DNA from: Podarcis liolepis | Lineage: Eukaryota | Reading direction: 5' to 3' (one strand) | DNA: 64,000 bases | Assembly: GCA_965112155.1 (NCBI GenBank) | Contig: OZ218101.1 | The notes under the pieces: model-generated | The model's database searches: none | What the model was told of the DNA's origin: nothing | The model's input: only the letters and a program-made list of their open reading frames with translations | In this document: positions 22,384-36,085 of the stretch, one piece after another | Layout: every line of letters begins with the position of its first letter | Numbering within the stretch: position 1 is the stretch's first letter | Program-made: the position numbers and the translations under genes

Positions 22384-25300
22384 CTGAATCAAACCCAGTC
22401 AAAGAACAAAAAAAGACTATTAAAAAGGGGAGGAATCTAGAACTAAATGAGATCAGTATATGGCCTTTTTTCTCCACCTTTTTAACTGGAAGGGCAAGAT
22501 GAGAAAGCTCAACCAGATGGAAGCTGAATGTACATTCCGATTATAAAATAAATGCTTTTCCGGTATTAGCTACGTAAGCAACAACCAGGTGTGCTAGATC
22601 TAACAGATGAGAGGGAGGAAGTTTCTCTGTACTCCAATCCAAGATCATGTACAAACACATTTATGTGTAGAGAAGCAAGTTGCTCGTATCAATCAGTTCA
22701 AGCTTTCTAAAAGTACTATGCAGGCCACATCACTGCAAAAAGATATAGCAACATTTTTAGAAGATCACACAATTATTAGCACATCTTAAAAACAGGTAAC
22801 AATTACCCTAGTGAAACACAAGATGGTGATGGGAGGAGGGATCATTTCATGACTTCTGAATAATCAATATCCACCATCAAAATTACTGCATCGAAGTGCT
22901 AAGTATCCTATGTCAAAGTTGCTAGGCCCAATTTTCTAGACTACTGTCAATAAATACTATGTCTCAATCTACATTTAAATGAAAAGTTAGAAACATTGAA
23001 CATTATGGTGTTTGAGCAGATTTTAACACAGGGCTTGTTCATCACTACTATTACTAAAGGAATCAAAAATGTTTTTCTTCTTCATGCTGAATAGTTTTGG
23101 AACAATTTTATATCAGATTCAATTTATTATCACAGTTTTTATATCAGAACAATTTTTGTATCTGAATGAAAACTAGATTACCAACCTCTAACACTGGATG
23201 ATAATATTCAAATTAAGTATTTTTTCATAATTCATAAGTTTATAAGCTATGAAGAAAGTAAAAGTATAAGAAAGTAGTATTTACTGGTCAGATTTCTTTG
23301 AAACACAGCAGTATATTTTGAAAGCAAAAAAAAAACCCCTTTTGTGCTGCTGAAACACACTGCAAGCTTTTTCATATGACAATGTCGTTATACTGAATTT
23401 TGTCACTCTATGACACAGCATCAACATATCTTAATATCAGAAGATAGCAACAGGACATTTAAGTTCTTTTCCTCCTTCTACCATTCCTTCCTCAAATGCT
23501 TCCAAGTCTGAAGGAAGGAAGTCCTACAAATTTGGCAAAGGATCCCCATACTCGAAGTACGCAAGGCAACAGAGATTTTAAAAAAGATTTATTATTTTTG
23601 CTCATTGCAAGGAGAGGAATGTGCCAATTAAATTTCAGATAAGGTCACAGGACAGCTATTACTAATGTTGATGCTTAAGAACCTACAAGAAATACAATCC
23701 TATCTGCATTACCGGACTGTATTTTACATAAGCCATATACAGAGTTATTGTGAGATCTTGTTCTCACAAGCACAGGATTCATTCTGCCTGAGAGCATATG
23801 CTAATGCCCACAAATTAGACTTGGTGGTTTTGAGAAACTGAGACTTCTAGAAGCATTTTTAGTAGAAGTGGACAGGCATGCTTATTTAAACATTTTGGAT
23901 GTGCCACGTCTGAATCTGCTATAAGCCAGGCTGTATTTCTACCCCTTCACCCGTAAAACACTCAAACACAAGATGGTAGGCATGCTTTCACTGAGGACAA
24001 AAGACCATAGCAGACTACACAGAATATGAAGCAGGAGATGAATTCAAACACTCCTGTCTACTACAAATCATCCCAATATAATGTGTACTAATTTCACTTA
24101 TCAATCCCAAAAGGCAAATTTTATTATTATTTTCTAGGTTAATGAAGCTAAAATGCAAGTCAACTTTTGGGACATGTTGGACAGGGCATATGTCTTACAG
24201 AAAAGCAAGCTTTGCCAGCCTCGTTTCTGTTAATGCCACTGTCTCAGAAGAAACAATCCACAAAAGTTACTTTCAACCCAAAGTGCAGAGTTCACTGCAA
24301 TCAGGGCATCAATGGTCCATTCGTTCTTTTTGTAATATACTTATTATACGCAGCCATTTGACTTCATCCCTCTCGAGACAGACGGATGCCAACAATATTA
24401 TGCTGTCAAATGTTACAGCCAAGCAGACCATTATTAATTTCAGTAGCTCATTCTTCAATATAATGTAGGGAACCCTGTATTTCTGCAAGCCTTTTGGCCT
24501 GTTCCCTTTGCTTCTAAAGGCAGCTTACCAGAACTCCAGTGTCACGACATTGTACTGATCATCCTGAAAATGGGTTCAGAAGCCCTTTGTAGACAAAAAG
24601 ATCACCTGAAATAAGACAAAGCTTCATCAAGCAAAATCCACAGCAAAATGAGTTTTTCCCAATGCAAAAGAAGATACACCCACCCAGTTTTGGAAATACA
24701 GGGCCAAATTAAACTAACCAGTTCCACTACTGGAAGCCTGAACAAAGTCTCCTGTAGTGCAACAGGGGGGGGCCATACCCCTCAATGGCCTGAGGTGTGT
24801 GTGTGTTGGGAGACCCCCTCCCACAACAGAGCACAAGGGGAAGAAAGGGGAGATTGTTCCATCATGCAAGCAGAAAGCTTGTGCTGACAAAACATTGTTA
24901 ACAGCATGACATTGTGTTCCTCCCACCGCATCTGGAAGCATACAGTACTTGACAGCTTATCTGCCCTGATGTTTAAGGATTGGTAGACAGGGTGTATTAC
25001 AAAAGACCTGCTAAGGAGGCAATTGCTCGACAAGTTGCACTGAAACTGAAGAACTGTCTCATCCAAATGATGGAGAGATGGATGGAAAGAGGGACACAAT
25101 CCTCATCCCAAAATTAAAGATGTAGTGGTACGTAAAGAATGCTTGAGGGGCACAGATGTCTACTGCCTTGAACAGAATACTTGTTCCAGCAGTTACGATC
25201 CTCTTTTAGCCATTTAATATCTATTCTGCCCAACAGTTAATGGGAACAACATTCAACTCTGAATTGTTATGTTCTTTTCATAGATCCATTGAAATACAAA

Positions 25301-26703
25301 CTAGATACTCTGAGCCAGGTCTGAGGTACAAAACACACAGAAAAAAACAGGATAGATCCTTCATGCTGCTGCTATTGAAAGGGTGATCACAAATGTGTCA
25401 TCCCTGGATCTGTAGCTGATTAAGCAAAAATATTACAGCCTACTGCGCCAGCCAAGTTTCAGTGACTGATATGTAATTTCTGAAGAGATCTAAAACTTGA
25501 TTATGACCTAGACCTCCTGCTGCAGCATTTCCCAACTGGGGTACAATTCTAGAGAAAGGTTGGGTCAATATTATTTTTAAATATTGCATGTATTTTCAGC
25601 ATTTTTGTATTATGTTCCAATTCCATCACTGTCTTCGTCACCTACTATAAGATACAGAAAGTTGCTGTTATCTATAAGATATGCTATGGAAATGATTCTA
25701 CAGTGCTAGAAGGCAACTCATAGCCAAGCTACTGAACAATAGCTGGAATACCCTTTGAAACCAAGAGGCGAAGAAAAATAGAGCTCAACTGATGCAAAAA
25801 CCCAAATTCTTTCACAAAGTATTGCTAGCTTCCTTGAGTCATGAAAACTGATGGCTCTGCTGCCTATCTTCCTTTTTGTCCTTCCTCTCTCATTTTTCCC
25901 CCCTTTGTCTTGTTCTCTTTTGTGCGGTGACTGTGTGCATTGGAGTGAGTGAGTGTGTCTGTATACAAAATAAAACTTTATCAAAACAGATCCTAGACAG
26001 AGGAGGAGTCTAGAGATGGCACACTGAAGAATCTAAGATGGAAATGCACAGAGTTCACACCTTAGAAGAGGCACTTCCACATTCCAAATAGGAATGCAGT
26101 GCATCTGCACAAATATGACAACCCACTTCTATTTCAGCAGCAATACCCCAACAGATGGTAGAGCAGCTCATGCTGAAGCTGGAAACCTTACTGGAATCAA
26201 AGCAGAATGCAACCCAACAGTATATTCAATCCCAGCAATAAACCATCACACACAGTTCAAGTGAGCAAGATCTACATAGCAAAGTGCAATATCTACCGAG
26301 GGCTCCTAGAAAAGACCATTAGTAGCAGTAGTGGTAGTAGTTAGAGGCTTCTGATTGGAGACCTGTGAGCAGTTGTGGATAGAGTAGTAAGCTGAAAAGC
26401 ACAAAATTGTTAAACTGCCTGTTCAACTAGACCTGAACCTCAGCAAACTAGTAATTGCTAAATTGGGATTAGGCTCATCTAGCCCTGAACCTAAACAAGA
26501 TGTGTACTTACCTCTCCCACCCTGCTCTGTACAGGAGTGTTTGGGTGGAGAATTAGAGTCAGAGTAAATGTGCGGACACACATGTAAAAGCATCCTGCCA
26601 AGTATACAAGGAATAAAAGAAGTGACTAAACTGTAGTCCAGATCCAGCATAGCAAACTGCAGAAGTTGCCCACCAACTCCTTTGACCTTAGCACTGGAGT
26701 AAT

Positions 26704-26765
26704 GAGTGGCTAGGGAAACCCAGCCAGATGGGCGGGGTATGAATAATAAATTATTATATTATTAT
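26704..26765 (+). mobile_element. Short LINE 3' tail (L2-like)
   Basis: gagtggctagggaaacccagccagatgggcggggtatgaataataaattatt. A near-identical copy lies on the opposite strand at 45364-45430. Confidence 0.6.
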
Positions 26766-27420
26766 GAGAGCAGAAGTAGTCAGATAAAGGACTCTGCCTG
26801 CTATTTAAGAGACTGATCTCTGAAGCACTTTATCTCCCCCTCTCAGTGCTGTGGAGCCCTGCCTTGGAAATAGGGGAAAGGGCTGTGTGCACACTAGCAT
26901 GTCTGAGAGTGTGCTCAGTGCCTGTATGTTGGGTAAGCATGCACACATGCATATTAAGTATGCACAGGGCATTACCACGGCTAGCATGTGGCCCTCAAGA
27001 TGGGTGGCTAACCAACAATGCAGCCCTCAGGTGAAAAATATATTGGCCACTGAATGTGCTATTTTCATTCAAAATCTTGGAAAAGATGCAGCTATATTAA
27101 GCCACTCTCTCTTATGAATCAAAATCCCTGGTTCGCGACAGGTTAAAATTACATCATGCAAACTTTGGAAGTTGCAGGTTTCCTTTATGGCAGACAAAGA
27201 ATAAAGGTTCCACAGCACACAAAGAGAAGAAATATTCTCTCCCACTCAGTGTACCTCTTTTCTCAGATGATTAATAGAGTTTGAGTTGGGCAGAAGCAAC
27301 TGTTAAGAATACTGGATGATGAATGGCCAAGGGTTGATATCTCTGACATACAATGTCCTATGATAAAGATCTATAAGCAGAGACTTCTGTCAATAGTTCA
27401 ATAAAAAATACATTATGACA

Positions 27421-27459
<39 letters not shown>
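27421..27459. repeat. (AC)n microsatellite
   Basis: Direct reading of the sequence. Confidence 0.95.
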
Positions 27460-27462
<3 letters not shown>

Positions 27463-27704
27463 GGTCTGCAAATGCTCAAAGTCCATGTTATACAGTTCCC
27501 ATACAGTTCTTTAACATCCACAAAATATACCAATGAGGTACGTAGACTTGGAAGTGTAGTCTATATGATCTTTTTTTACAAGTATGTGGCAGTTTAATTG
27601 CTTCTGCAACACAGTCTCCTTCAGAAGACATTAATACACATCTCCAATGGAGACATTCCATGCCATGTCTATCTAATACTGACTTTTCAAGAATAAAGGG
27701 CTTT

Positions 27705-28056
27705 TAAAGGTAAAGGTACCCCTGCCCGTTCGGGCCAGTCTTGCCAGACCCTAGGGTTGTGCGCTCATCTCACTCTATAGGCCGGGAGCCAGCGCTGTCC
27801 GCAGACACTTCTGGGTCACGTGGCCAGCGTGACAAGCTGCATTTGGCGAGCCAGCACAGCACACGGAACGCTGTTTACCTTCCCGCTGGTAAGCGGTCCC
27901 TATTTATCTACTTGCACCCGGAGGTGCTTTCAAACTGCTAGGTTGGCAGGCGCTGGGACTGAACGACGGGAGCGCCGCCGCGGGGATTCGAACCGCCGAC
28001 CTGACGATCGGCAAGTCCTAGGCGCTGAGGTTTTACCCACAGCGCCACCCGCGTCC
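27705..28056 (-). mobile_element. Sauria SINE, full length, CpG-rich variant
   Basis: Minus-strand head ggacgcgggtggcgctgtggg, B-box ggttcgaatcc and (accttt)n tail. Confidence 0.9.
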
Positions 28057-31000
28057 TAGAAGACCTATAAAAGAAAAATGATAGCAGAGGAATGTAAAGG
28101 TGGCAGCACACAGGGAAGAATGCAACAGGTTTCTCTCCATCTTGGCAGCTCACTAAGTTTCAATGCAGAAGGTGTACACAACGGGCACTTTAAAACTGTA
28201 ATTTTGCCTGCTCCCACAAGATAGATAATACTACATGCCAGGAAAAGGTATTCCATTTTTAAAAAAAGAATATGCAAGTTTTCAAGTTACAGAATTTGTC
28301 ACTCCATGTAATCATAGCTTGTATGCAATAGAGATGTTAGCTTGGTGAAAAATGCAAGTAATGTAGGGATCTGTGTGTTTCTTAACCGTGCAACTGTGTG
28401 TTCCAGTTCTGCCTGGTTGGCAGGAGGGTGCGGAGAAGAGAAAGCTGGAACCTTAAGATCCTAATGGCACAATGAAACCAAGTCTACACAAAAGTAAGTC
28501 TGACTGAATCCAGTGGGGCTTATTCCCAGTTAAGTAGGACTAGGATTGCAGCCTAAATCCCCTATGTTGAGAGATATTGAAAAAATGTGCATATCAGGAA
28601 TGCTTTGATTTCATTTCCTTGCAGATCCCCCACCAAAAACCAGTCTCTTCCAAGGTTCAGGAATTGTGGGTGGGGGTCCTGAGGAGGAAGGAAAATCCCT
28701 GAAAATCAAGAGGGGGCACCATCTCCAAAGTAGAAAGATACCTTCACTCTTATTATGGGGCATGCCTTCCTCCTCAGCCTCCTCATCCCACAGCTTATTG
28801 CATTCAGCAGGGTAGGAAAGCCTGTTTCCTCTAAACCTGTTCTACAGGCTTTTCTCTGGATCCATCCCACCACCCCTTTACAATTTCTGTGCATTAACCT
28901 CAATTCTCCCCTTTAACTGGGAAACTGGAACAAACATCAGATGTGATGTAAGCAATGGCCATTACAGGGACAAGAATCAAGACTACTGGCTTGCACTGCT
29001 GTAGCTAGCATGTGATCCAATGCCCGAGAGTTAGAGCAGAGATAAATGAAGACTATGGCCAAGATTAAAATCATGAAGAAGATTCATTCATTTATTTTAG
29101 AAATATCTATCTTGTGCCAATTACCATAACTTAAGGCTTTTGTTAACGCTTGGCAACGATCTCAACATTGCTCCAATACTTTGCACATATTTTCTTTATG
29201 ATTTTAAATTTATAGAATTGATTTGTGAAGCACAATTGTCTGTATGTTGATGCAATGTAACTTTGAAAATTGAACAGTAAACAATATGCACAGACAATTC
29301 CATCATTCACATTTAAAAACCACTAAAAATAATTAAAGAGTACCTTGAGCTTAAAAAAATAATTCAAGCGAAGAGGTTTTTGCCTGTTGAAGGATAAATG
29401 CAAACAGGTTTTCAAAGCTAGTGGTTAGAACACCAATATAAGTAAGATCAGTTGTCTGAACAGGTGGATAACTTTGACAGTTTCAGCCATGGTCTGCTTC
29501 AAACTGCCTGCCCTAGAGATAGATAAAAATTTGATTCTTTGACATACTTGAGGCACTAGCCAACACTTACTGTCCAATACGCTGAGAATAGATGGGTGGA
29601 TTCAACACCACCTATAAAAGGAAGTCCTTGGACATTCAGCCCTGTGACTACAGCATTTAAAACAACTGCAATATCAAAAGAGGTAAATTATCTAATTAAC
29701 AGATGTAGTCTCTTGCCCTAGCTTTAAACATCAGCAGTTTCTTCGAAGTTTCAAGTTGATGGTGAACAGTCTCCCACCCCACTGTTTTCACAGTTGTTTC
29801 TGCTGCTTGGATAGCCAGTCACTTATCTTACTGTAATGTACAGATGCTATGGTTGTGTTCAACAGCTTCCCGCAACTGCTACTGATTTAGTGCTAAAGAT
29901 AAACAAAGGATACATATTTTCAAGCTGGCTTCTGCAAGCATCCTGGGGGACTCTGTGGTTTGGACTTTACTACCTCTGCCAACCCCACCAATTTCCCAGT
30001 CTGCCATTTGAACTGACAGGGACCTGCAGTTCCTTCTGTGATTTGTGGGATCTGGGTGCAATGAACCAACATACCCAACACCCAAAAACCCTCCAACTGG
30101 AAGGGAGCCAACTTTTAGCCTGAGGGGTGTGTGATACTACCTTGTGCCTTGTATCATTGTTCTGCTTGTACACAGTTTAGAGCACCCATGAAAGATGGGG
30201 AAAACGAAAGAGCCAAACAAATCTTATTGTGCACATTGTAGGACTGTCAGTCTGAATTCTCATCTACTTCCATATTCAGATGTTACATTCAATGACCAGA
30301 CTAAGATAATTCCTTTAGTCCAGATGGATAATTTGCTATAAGGCACTTTAACATGGATATTTAAGCAAATAAAATTGTGTGATAAAGGTTCAGAGGCCCC
30401 AAACCTCAAAATAAACAAGGAGTTCCTTATGCAAGGATATTTGACTTTCCTAAGAAGATATGGATAACAGACCCATACCAAAGATTAAGCCATATGGTAA
30501 GGACATGTACCCTCAAGGTAAATATTAACTAGCCTAACATCTGCTAAAGGAAAAACTGTCTTGAGAGCTACTGCTGAAGTTCTTCATCAAATCTTAAAAC
30601 TCAATTATAAAACAGTTTCAAATAACTAGCAGAATAAGCTATGTTAAGACAACATTTGCACTGTTCCTTTTGTCAAAGGGTTCCAGTTTCTTCAGTAAGG
30701 AAACCTAACAGCAGAATGTTATATTTGCAACCAGTAAGTGGACTACAGCTTCTTTAAATGCCATCCTACCCTCAAATACATTTACAATATATTTGGGGGA
30801 AAGAGGACTCAATATCCATCCCTTGTTTATTAGTGCTTTAAATGTTGAGAATAGCAGGATCAATTTCATATGGGGGTGGGGGAGAAAAGAGAATGATTCC
30901 CCCCCCCAAGCTTAGAGTGGCTCATTAAAAGATCCTACAAGGTATTTTGAATAAACACCCTGAATTATACATTAATAAAGAGGTACAAAATTTAGCTGAA

Positions 31001-31972
31001 GTTCAGTGAAATCACATTCTCCAGAGACTGAAAATTTGTCCATCAACAGTCAACCTCCTAAAATTCTGTATCAAAAGTGTGCTGTGATAACTATTACTCA
31101 TTATGCTGAAATCTTCTCACTGCTATAGCTGGAAGATGTTACACTCAAATTCTTGGCCAAGAATAAGCAATTGCAATCCATACAAAACAGATGTGACAAT
31201 AGCTCCAACTTGGTAACAAGACATATAAATACCTTGTGGTCTAGTGTGCCTGTTTAAATTACAGGTGAACAGCAGTAAAAGAGCAGTGTAAGAATGTCTG
31301 AAAATCCGTAAGTAGAATTTGAAATCAGAAAGTTCACAATATGCTTCCTTCATACCTATAGCTGATATGTTAATTATAAGCAGTACCATAATAAATATCC
31401 TCTTTTGGATTATGTGAGAACTGACTTCTTAAACTGGCCTAATAGTGGGCTTTCCTGTAACCATAAGAACAAGCTATATTCTAAAACTGGGATGGGGAAC
31501 CTATTGCTCTTCAGGTGCTGCTGGCACGGCCAATGGTCATGGCTGGTCCAACAAAAGTTTTGGAGGGCCACAGGTTGCCCATCCCTGATTAAAATTAAAA
31601 GAGCAAGTATGTAACACTGGACTGGTTTGCATGACACTGTAATCTGAAATATGGCTTAGCAGGGACCATGCAAGCATGCAGACTCCCAGAGGGGATCTTG
31701 CAGGCACTTTACTGCTCCCCAGTCTCATGGCATGTTGAGCTAAGCCAAAGTTTGGCTTAGTGTGTCACCTGAACCCAGGCTCATGGTTATATTTTCTCCT
31801 CATTATCAAAGGGCTGGAGCCAACAGCAGATTTCTGCTTAATTTCTGTGTGGCACAGGAGCAAAAAAGGACCAGGGAACAGCAAATTGGCTGTGAGCTCC
31901 TATACATTCACACAGTCCCAGTACACCATAGTTTGGCTTACCGGATTGTTGTGCAAACCAGGCCACTGTCTC

Positions 31973-32140
31973 ACATAAGAACATACAAAGCTGCTTTATA
32001 TCAGTTCAAACTACTGGTTCACTAGGCAGTGCCATCTATTACAACTGAAAGACACACTAGATCCTCAAGGAGAAGGTCTTTCCCTGGTTATTTTAAATCT
32101 GGAGATGCTACAGGCAGAATCTGGGGTCTTCTACATGTAC
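31973..32140 (-). mobile_element. Degenerate CR1-tailed SINE fragment
   Basis: acataagaacata-type CR1 terminus followed by a decayed SINE body. Confidence 0.4.
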
Positions 32141-32407
32141 CACCGGGTACAATGCAAGCTTTGATAACAGAAAAACCAGCCAAATGTGCACCCCCCATTT
32201 GTAGTACTAACTCCACAGGCACTAGTGAGCGACAGATTAGAGCACACCATGTTTCTCAGCAAATATCAATGTTATCCTAAAACATAGCAACTGAAGACAA
32301 AACACAGTGCATTTCTAACAGATTAGCATGCAAATGAAGGTTCTTTGGAAACAGAAAACTACAAGTCAAGATATAAAATTCTATAAGGAAGAAAAGTGTG
32401 ATCTTAC

Positions 32408-32494
32408 CATGATCGGAATATTAAACAAAGTACAGCATCAGTTCTGGGTATCTTTGAGCAGTTCGTCTCACGAGCACGTCCAGCATTTAGTTGT
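32408..32494 (-). other. BCL9: Probable non-coding 5' UTR exon of BCL9 (87 nt)
   Basis: Strong acceptor ccttttctcctAG and donor ATG|gtaaga; retains several CpGs; contains a complete 21-codon uORF. Confidence 0.7.
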
Positions 32495-34344
32495 CTAGGA
32501 GAAAAGGATACAGGAATGTAGTAGGTATCTCTACTGAACGTAAAAGCTATGGATCACTACAGATGTTTAGAGCTGTATAAACAGTAGAGTCAAAGTAATC
32601 CTGAAGTATCACTACTTTGCTTATGGTTCTGTGATCAAGAAAACCGTTTTCCTAACTGGGACTTAGGTTAACTTTGTCATACTCATGTAATAAAGATCAA
32701 GAATATAGACTTTTACTTTTATTTTTTGGTAAGGAATTTAAGGGAAGTGGTGATTTCAGATTCCTACACAACAGCACTAAGTTTCAACTGCCAAGCCCTG
32801 TGCTACACTGTTTAAAAAGCACCACCTTCAGCTACTAGATGTTCTGCCATTATCATCTCCCATTTCTAAGCTTTTTGTACATAAGTCTTATTCACAACCA
32901 CAGGAAAACTTGCTTTGGCTAAAATAAAATGCAAGCACTCTCACCGTAAAGGGAAGCAATGTAATCTAAGCAACATTTCATGCTGTAATCTTGGCCACAC
33001 GGGTATCTAAGCCTCACATATGGCCTGGTTCTGATAGTATGGCTAAACCATGGTTTAGCTCTTAGGGCTCTGCCCTGGGTTCACAGACTCTCCTCTCTCT
33101 GGAGCTCCAATTATCTCCTCCACTTTCCAGTTTATGGAAACCACAAAAGAAGAATATTGCTTAAGGTGGGGAGAGGAGAAAACATCCATGTGCAACCCGA
33201 AGTCTAGAAATCTTAGCTGGTCTTGCTAGCCAACTTGGTCACCAAGACTTTTCTCCTCTTCTCTATGCAAGGTCAAGAAAAATCCCCTGCTCTTCAGACC
33301 TGCAAATATAAATGAAGCTCAGGTGCGGGGCTGTTCCTGCACTTTGGCCTTCAGCCCCAAGCCCAGATTTGCAGAAATCAGAGATGATTCCTACAGATGA
33401 AGAAGCCCAAGGTGCACACAGCACCATCAGTAGTCTGGCCTAACTTCTAGAATGATCCCGCTTCCCCCTGATAGCCACTGTGGAGAAGTTGTTTGATTCA
33501 GAGTAGGATTGCGACTCTGTTCAACAACCCACCTCAATCAGCCAATAACTGTTTCTCCACTTAACTATATCTGTGAAACCATGTAGGGTTAGGGAAATAA
33601 AGTGGGATATAAATACAAAATAGGTATCTAGAGCTTGTTCGTGCACTAAGAGCACTTTGGAAGCCAAGGAACAAAGAGACAAACCCAAATAATCCTTTCT
33701 AGATATAGAGAAGGGTGCAATAATGTTCCCTTTTCCTTACTCTGCTCCATGTAATTCTAAAGTCCAGCATAACTGTGGAGACATATCCATGTTCCACCAG
33801 TAGGGCCAAGAGATTTATCATCCTCCGCAGAGGATGATGGACCATTCAACATGAGCAGTGATGTTATGGCTCCCTATAGGCAGTTTCTTTGAAGAGATCT
33901 CAAGATACGGTAGTTTCAATCAGGACCCCCCCCCCCAAAAAAATAAACCCATAAAAGACTAGTAACTTCTGCTAGGAAAAAATAATTCAGCTCCTGGAAA
34001 GAAGCTTTCTCTAAACATTTTCACAAAAGGAACATGCCTTCAAAGGGAGTGATTCTGGAGCTATCATAGAAAAAGTCCTCCCCAGCAGTCTCTTAAAAGA
34101 GGGCCTGTTCAACAGGTCAACTATCATCCAGAAAACCTTAAACTACCACAAAATAATTATGAAGGAGGCTTCAACTGTACTTCCCTCACCCAAGCAAGCC
34201 AATACTCCTCTACATCTTTCAATCCTCTTCACTGAAAGGAATATTTATTTTATTTAACTTAACTTATAGACCACTTAATAAAAAAAATACCTAAGAGGTC
34301 CACACAGCAGAAATTCAACTCCTCTCATGAGGGACACACAAGTA

Positions 34345-34675
34345 CAGTGGTGCCCCGCAAGACGAATGCCTCGCAAGACGGAAAACTCGCTAGACGAAAG
34401 AGTTTTCCGTTTTGGAGGTGCTTCGCAAAACGAATTTCCTATGGGCTTGCTTCGCAAGACGACAATGTCTTGCGAGTTCCTGCGGGGTTTTTTTTTCCTT
34501 CCCCCCACCCCTTTTTCTAAGCTGCTAAGCTGCTTATCAGCTGATCCGATCAGCCGATAAGCCGCTAAAAGCGCTAATCCGCTAATCCGTCAATGGGCTT
34601 GCTTCGCAAGACGAAAAAACCGCTAGACAAAGAGAATCACAGAACGGATTCTTTTCGTCTTGCGAGGCACCACTG
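34345..34675. mobile_element. Tc1/mariner (Tigger-like) MITE
   Basis: 22-bp TIRs cagtggtgcc(c/t)cgcaagacgaa with one mismatch, TA on both sides and internal cgcaagacg repeats. Confidence 0.9.
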
Positions 34676-35339
34676 TAAATGAAAGGGAAACTGGCCTCTC
34701 TCACTGACCATCCCTTTAAAATAAATAAAATAATATAAAATAATACCCTCTACTTTTCAAAATCCTGACAGCTTCAAACAAGCCCATATCAAAAAATTAT
34801 GGGTAGACCCCCTCTGAGCACCATCACCTCCAGCAGGCAAACATCAGCTCTCACCAAAAGGTCTCTTACACAGACCAGAAAACAAACCCCTTCTCTTCAA
34901 ACACATAGGTAAGATTGGCACATTACTTAACTAGTCAACAGTCAATTGACTATGTATTATTTGACCATGGTCAAATATTTTCAATATTCCACAAAACGAT
35001 GATGCTTGAAAATTTGGCCATCTGCTTATTTAGCACAGCTGCCTTTTTTAAAAAAAAAAAGTTTTTTTGTTTAATAGCTGCTACTATATAGTTTTATTTC
35101 TGTCTTCATTTTTTTGAAGTACTGCAACTGCAGGTTGGCTGTTCCAGGATAAAAGCCCAAGAGAACTTTTCCGTGAATTGCACGCAATTGTAAAAGCGTT
35201 GCCTAATACCACTGAGTTATACTTTACATGAACAGGTCGTTACTAAAGCTGGTATAAAAAGTGGCAGCCAAGATCTATTTCACACAGCACACCAGAATGA
35301 CACCTATTCCCACACCAACCTGCCAGTGTCCTGAGAATT

Positions 35340-36085
35340 CTGCTGAAGCCCTTCTCCAGGTGCCCCCAGTGGTGAAGGCATGTTAGGGGTCAGTGGGAAA
35401 GGGATTGAAAAGAAAGCTGCCAATACTGTGGTGCCTTTCCAGAAATCTATGGTGTGACCACAATTGGCAAACTCTGTACAACTCTTGTCACTGCACTGTA
35501 GAGTTGGGCAAGGTGAAGAAAAGAGCCACAAAAATTACCAGAGCGCTACAGCAAGACACCTATAAGGAACAGCTACAACATTTGAATCCAGTTGGTAGTG
35601 GAGTGGTGGAAGAGTAAGGCAGGCATGATAAAAGTGTAATAAAATTAAGCACCAAGTAGAGGAAGTGAATAGAGAGAAGTTTTTCCTTCTTCTCTCATAA
35701 TACTAAAAGCAAGGGTCATCCAATGAAGCTGAGAGCTGGGAGATTCAAGACAGACAAAAAAAAAAGACTTCTTCACAAAGCAGAGTTAAACTTTGGAATT
35801 CACTGCAACAAGATGTATTAATAACTACCAATTTAGAGTTTTAATTAGTTTTATCTGCCATGAATTTGTCTCCCAAGGGTTACTAATCATGACGGCTACT
35901 TATGAGCTCCAGGATCAGAGGCAGCAAGCCACTGAATACCAGTATCAGAAGAGCAGAGAGTGCTTTTCTGTTCATATCCTACTTTTGGGACTCTGGGAGG
36001 CATTTAGTTGGCCACTGTGAGAAATCAGATGCTGGATTAGACAGGCCTTTGAACTGATGCTAAAGGGCTCTTCTTCTTTTCTTAC
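35340..36085 (+). mobile_element. Degenerate CR1 LINE 3' fragment
   Basis: Translates GIEKKAANTVVPFQKSMV*PQL, like the CR1 ORF2 C-terminus, then a CR1-type 3' UTR. Confidence 0.75.
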
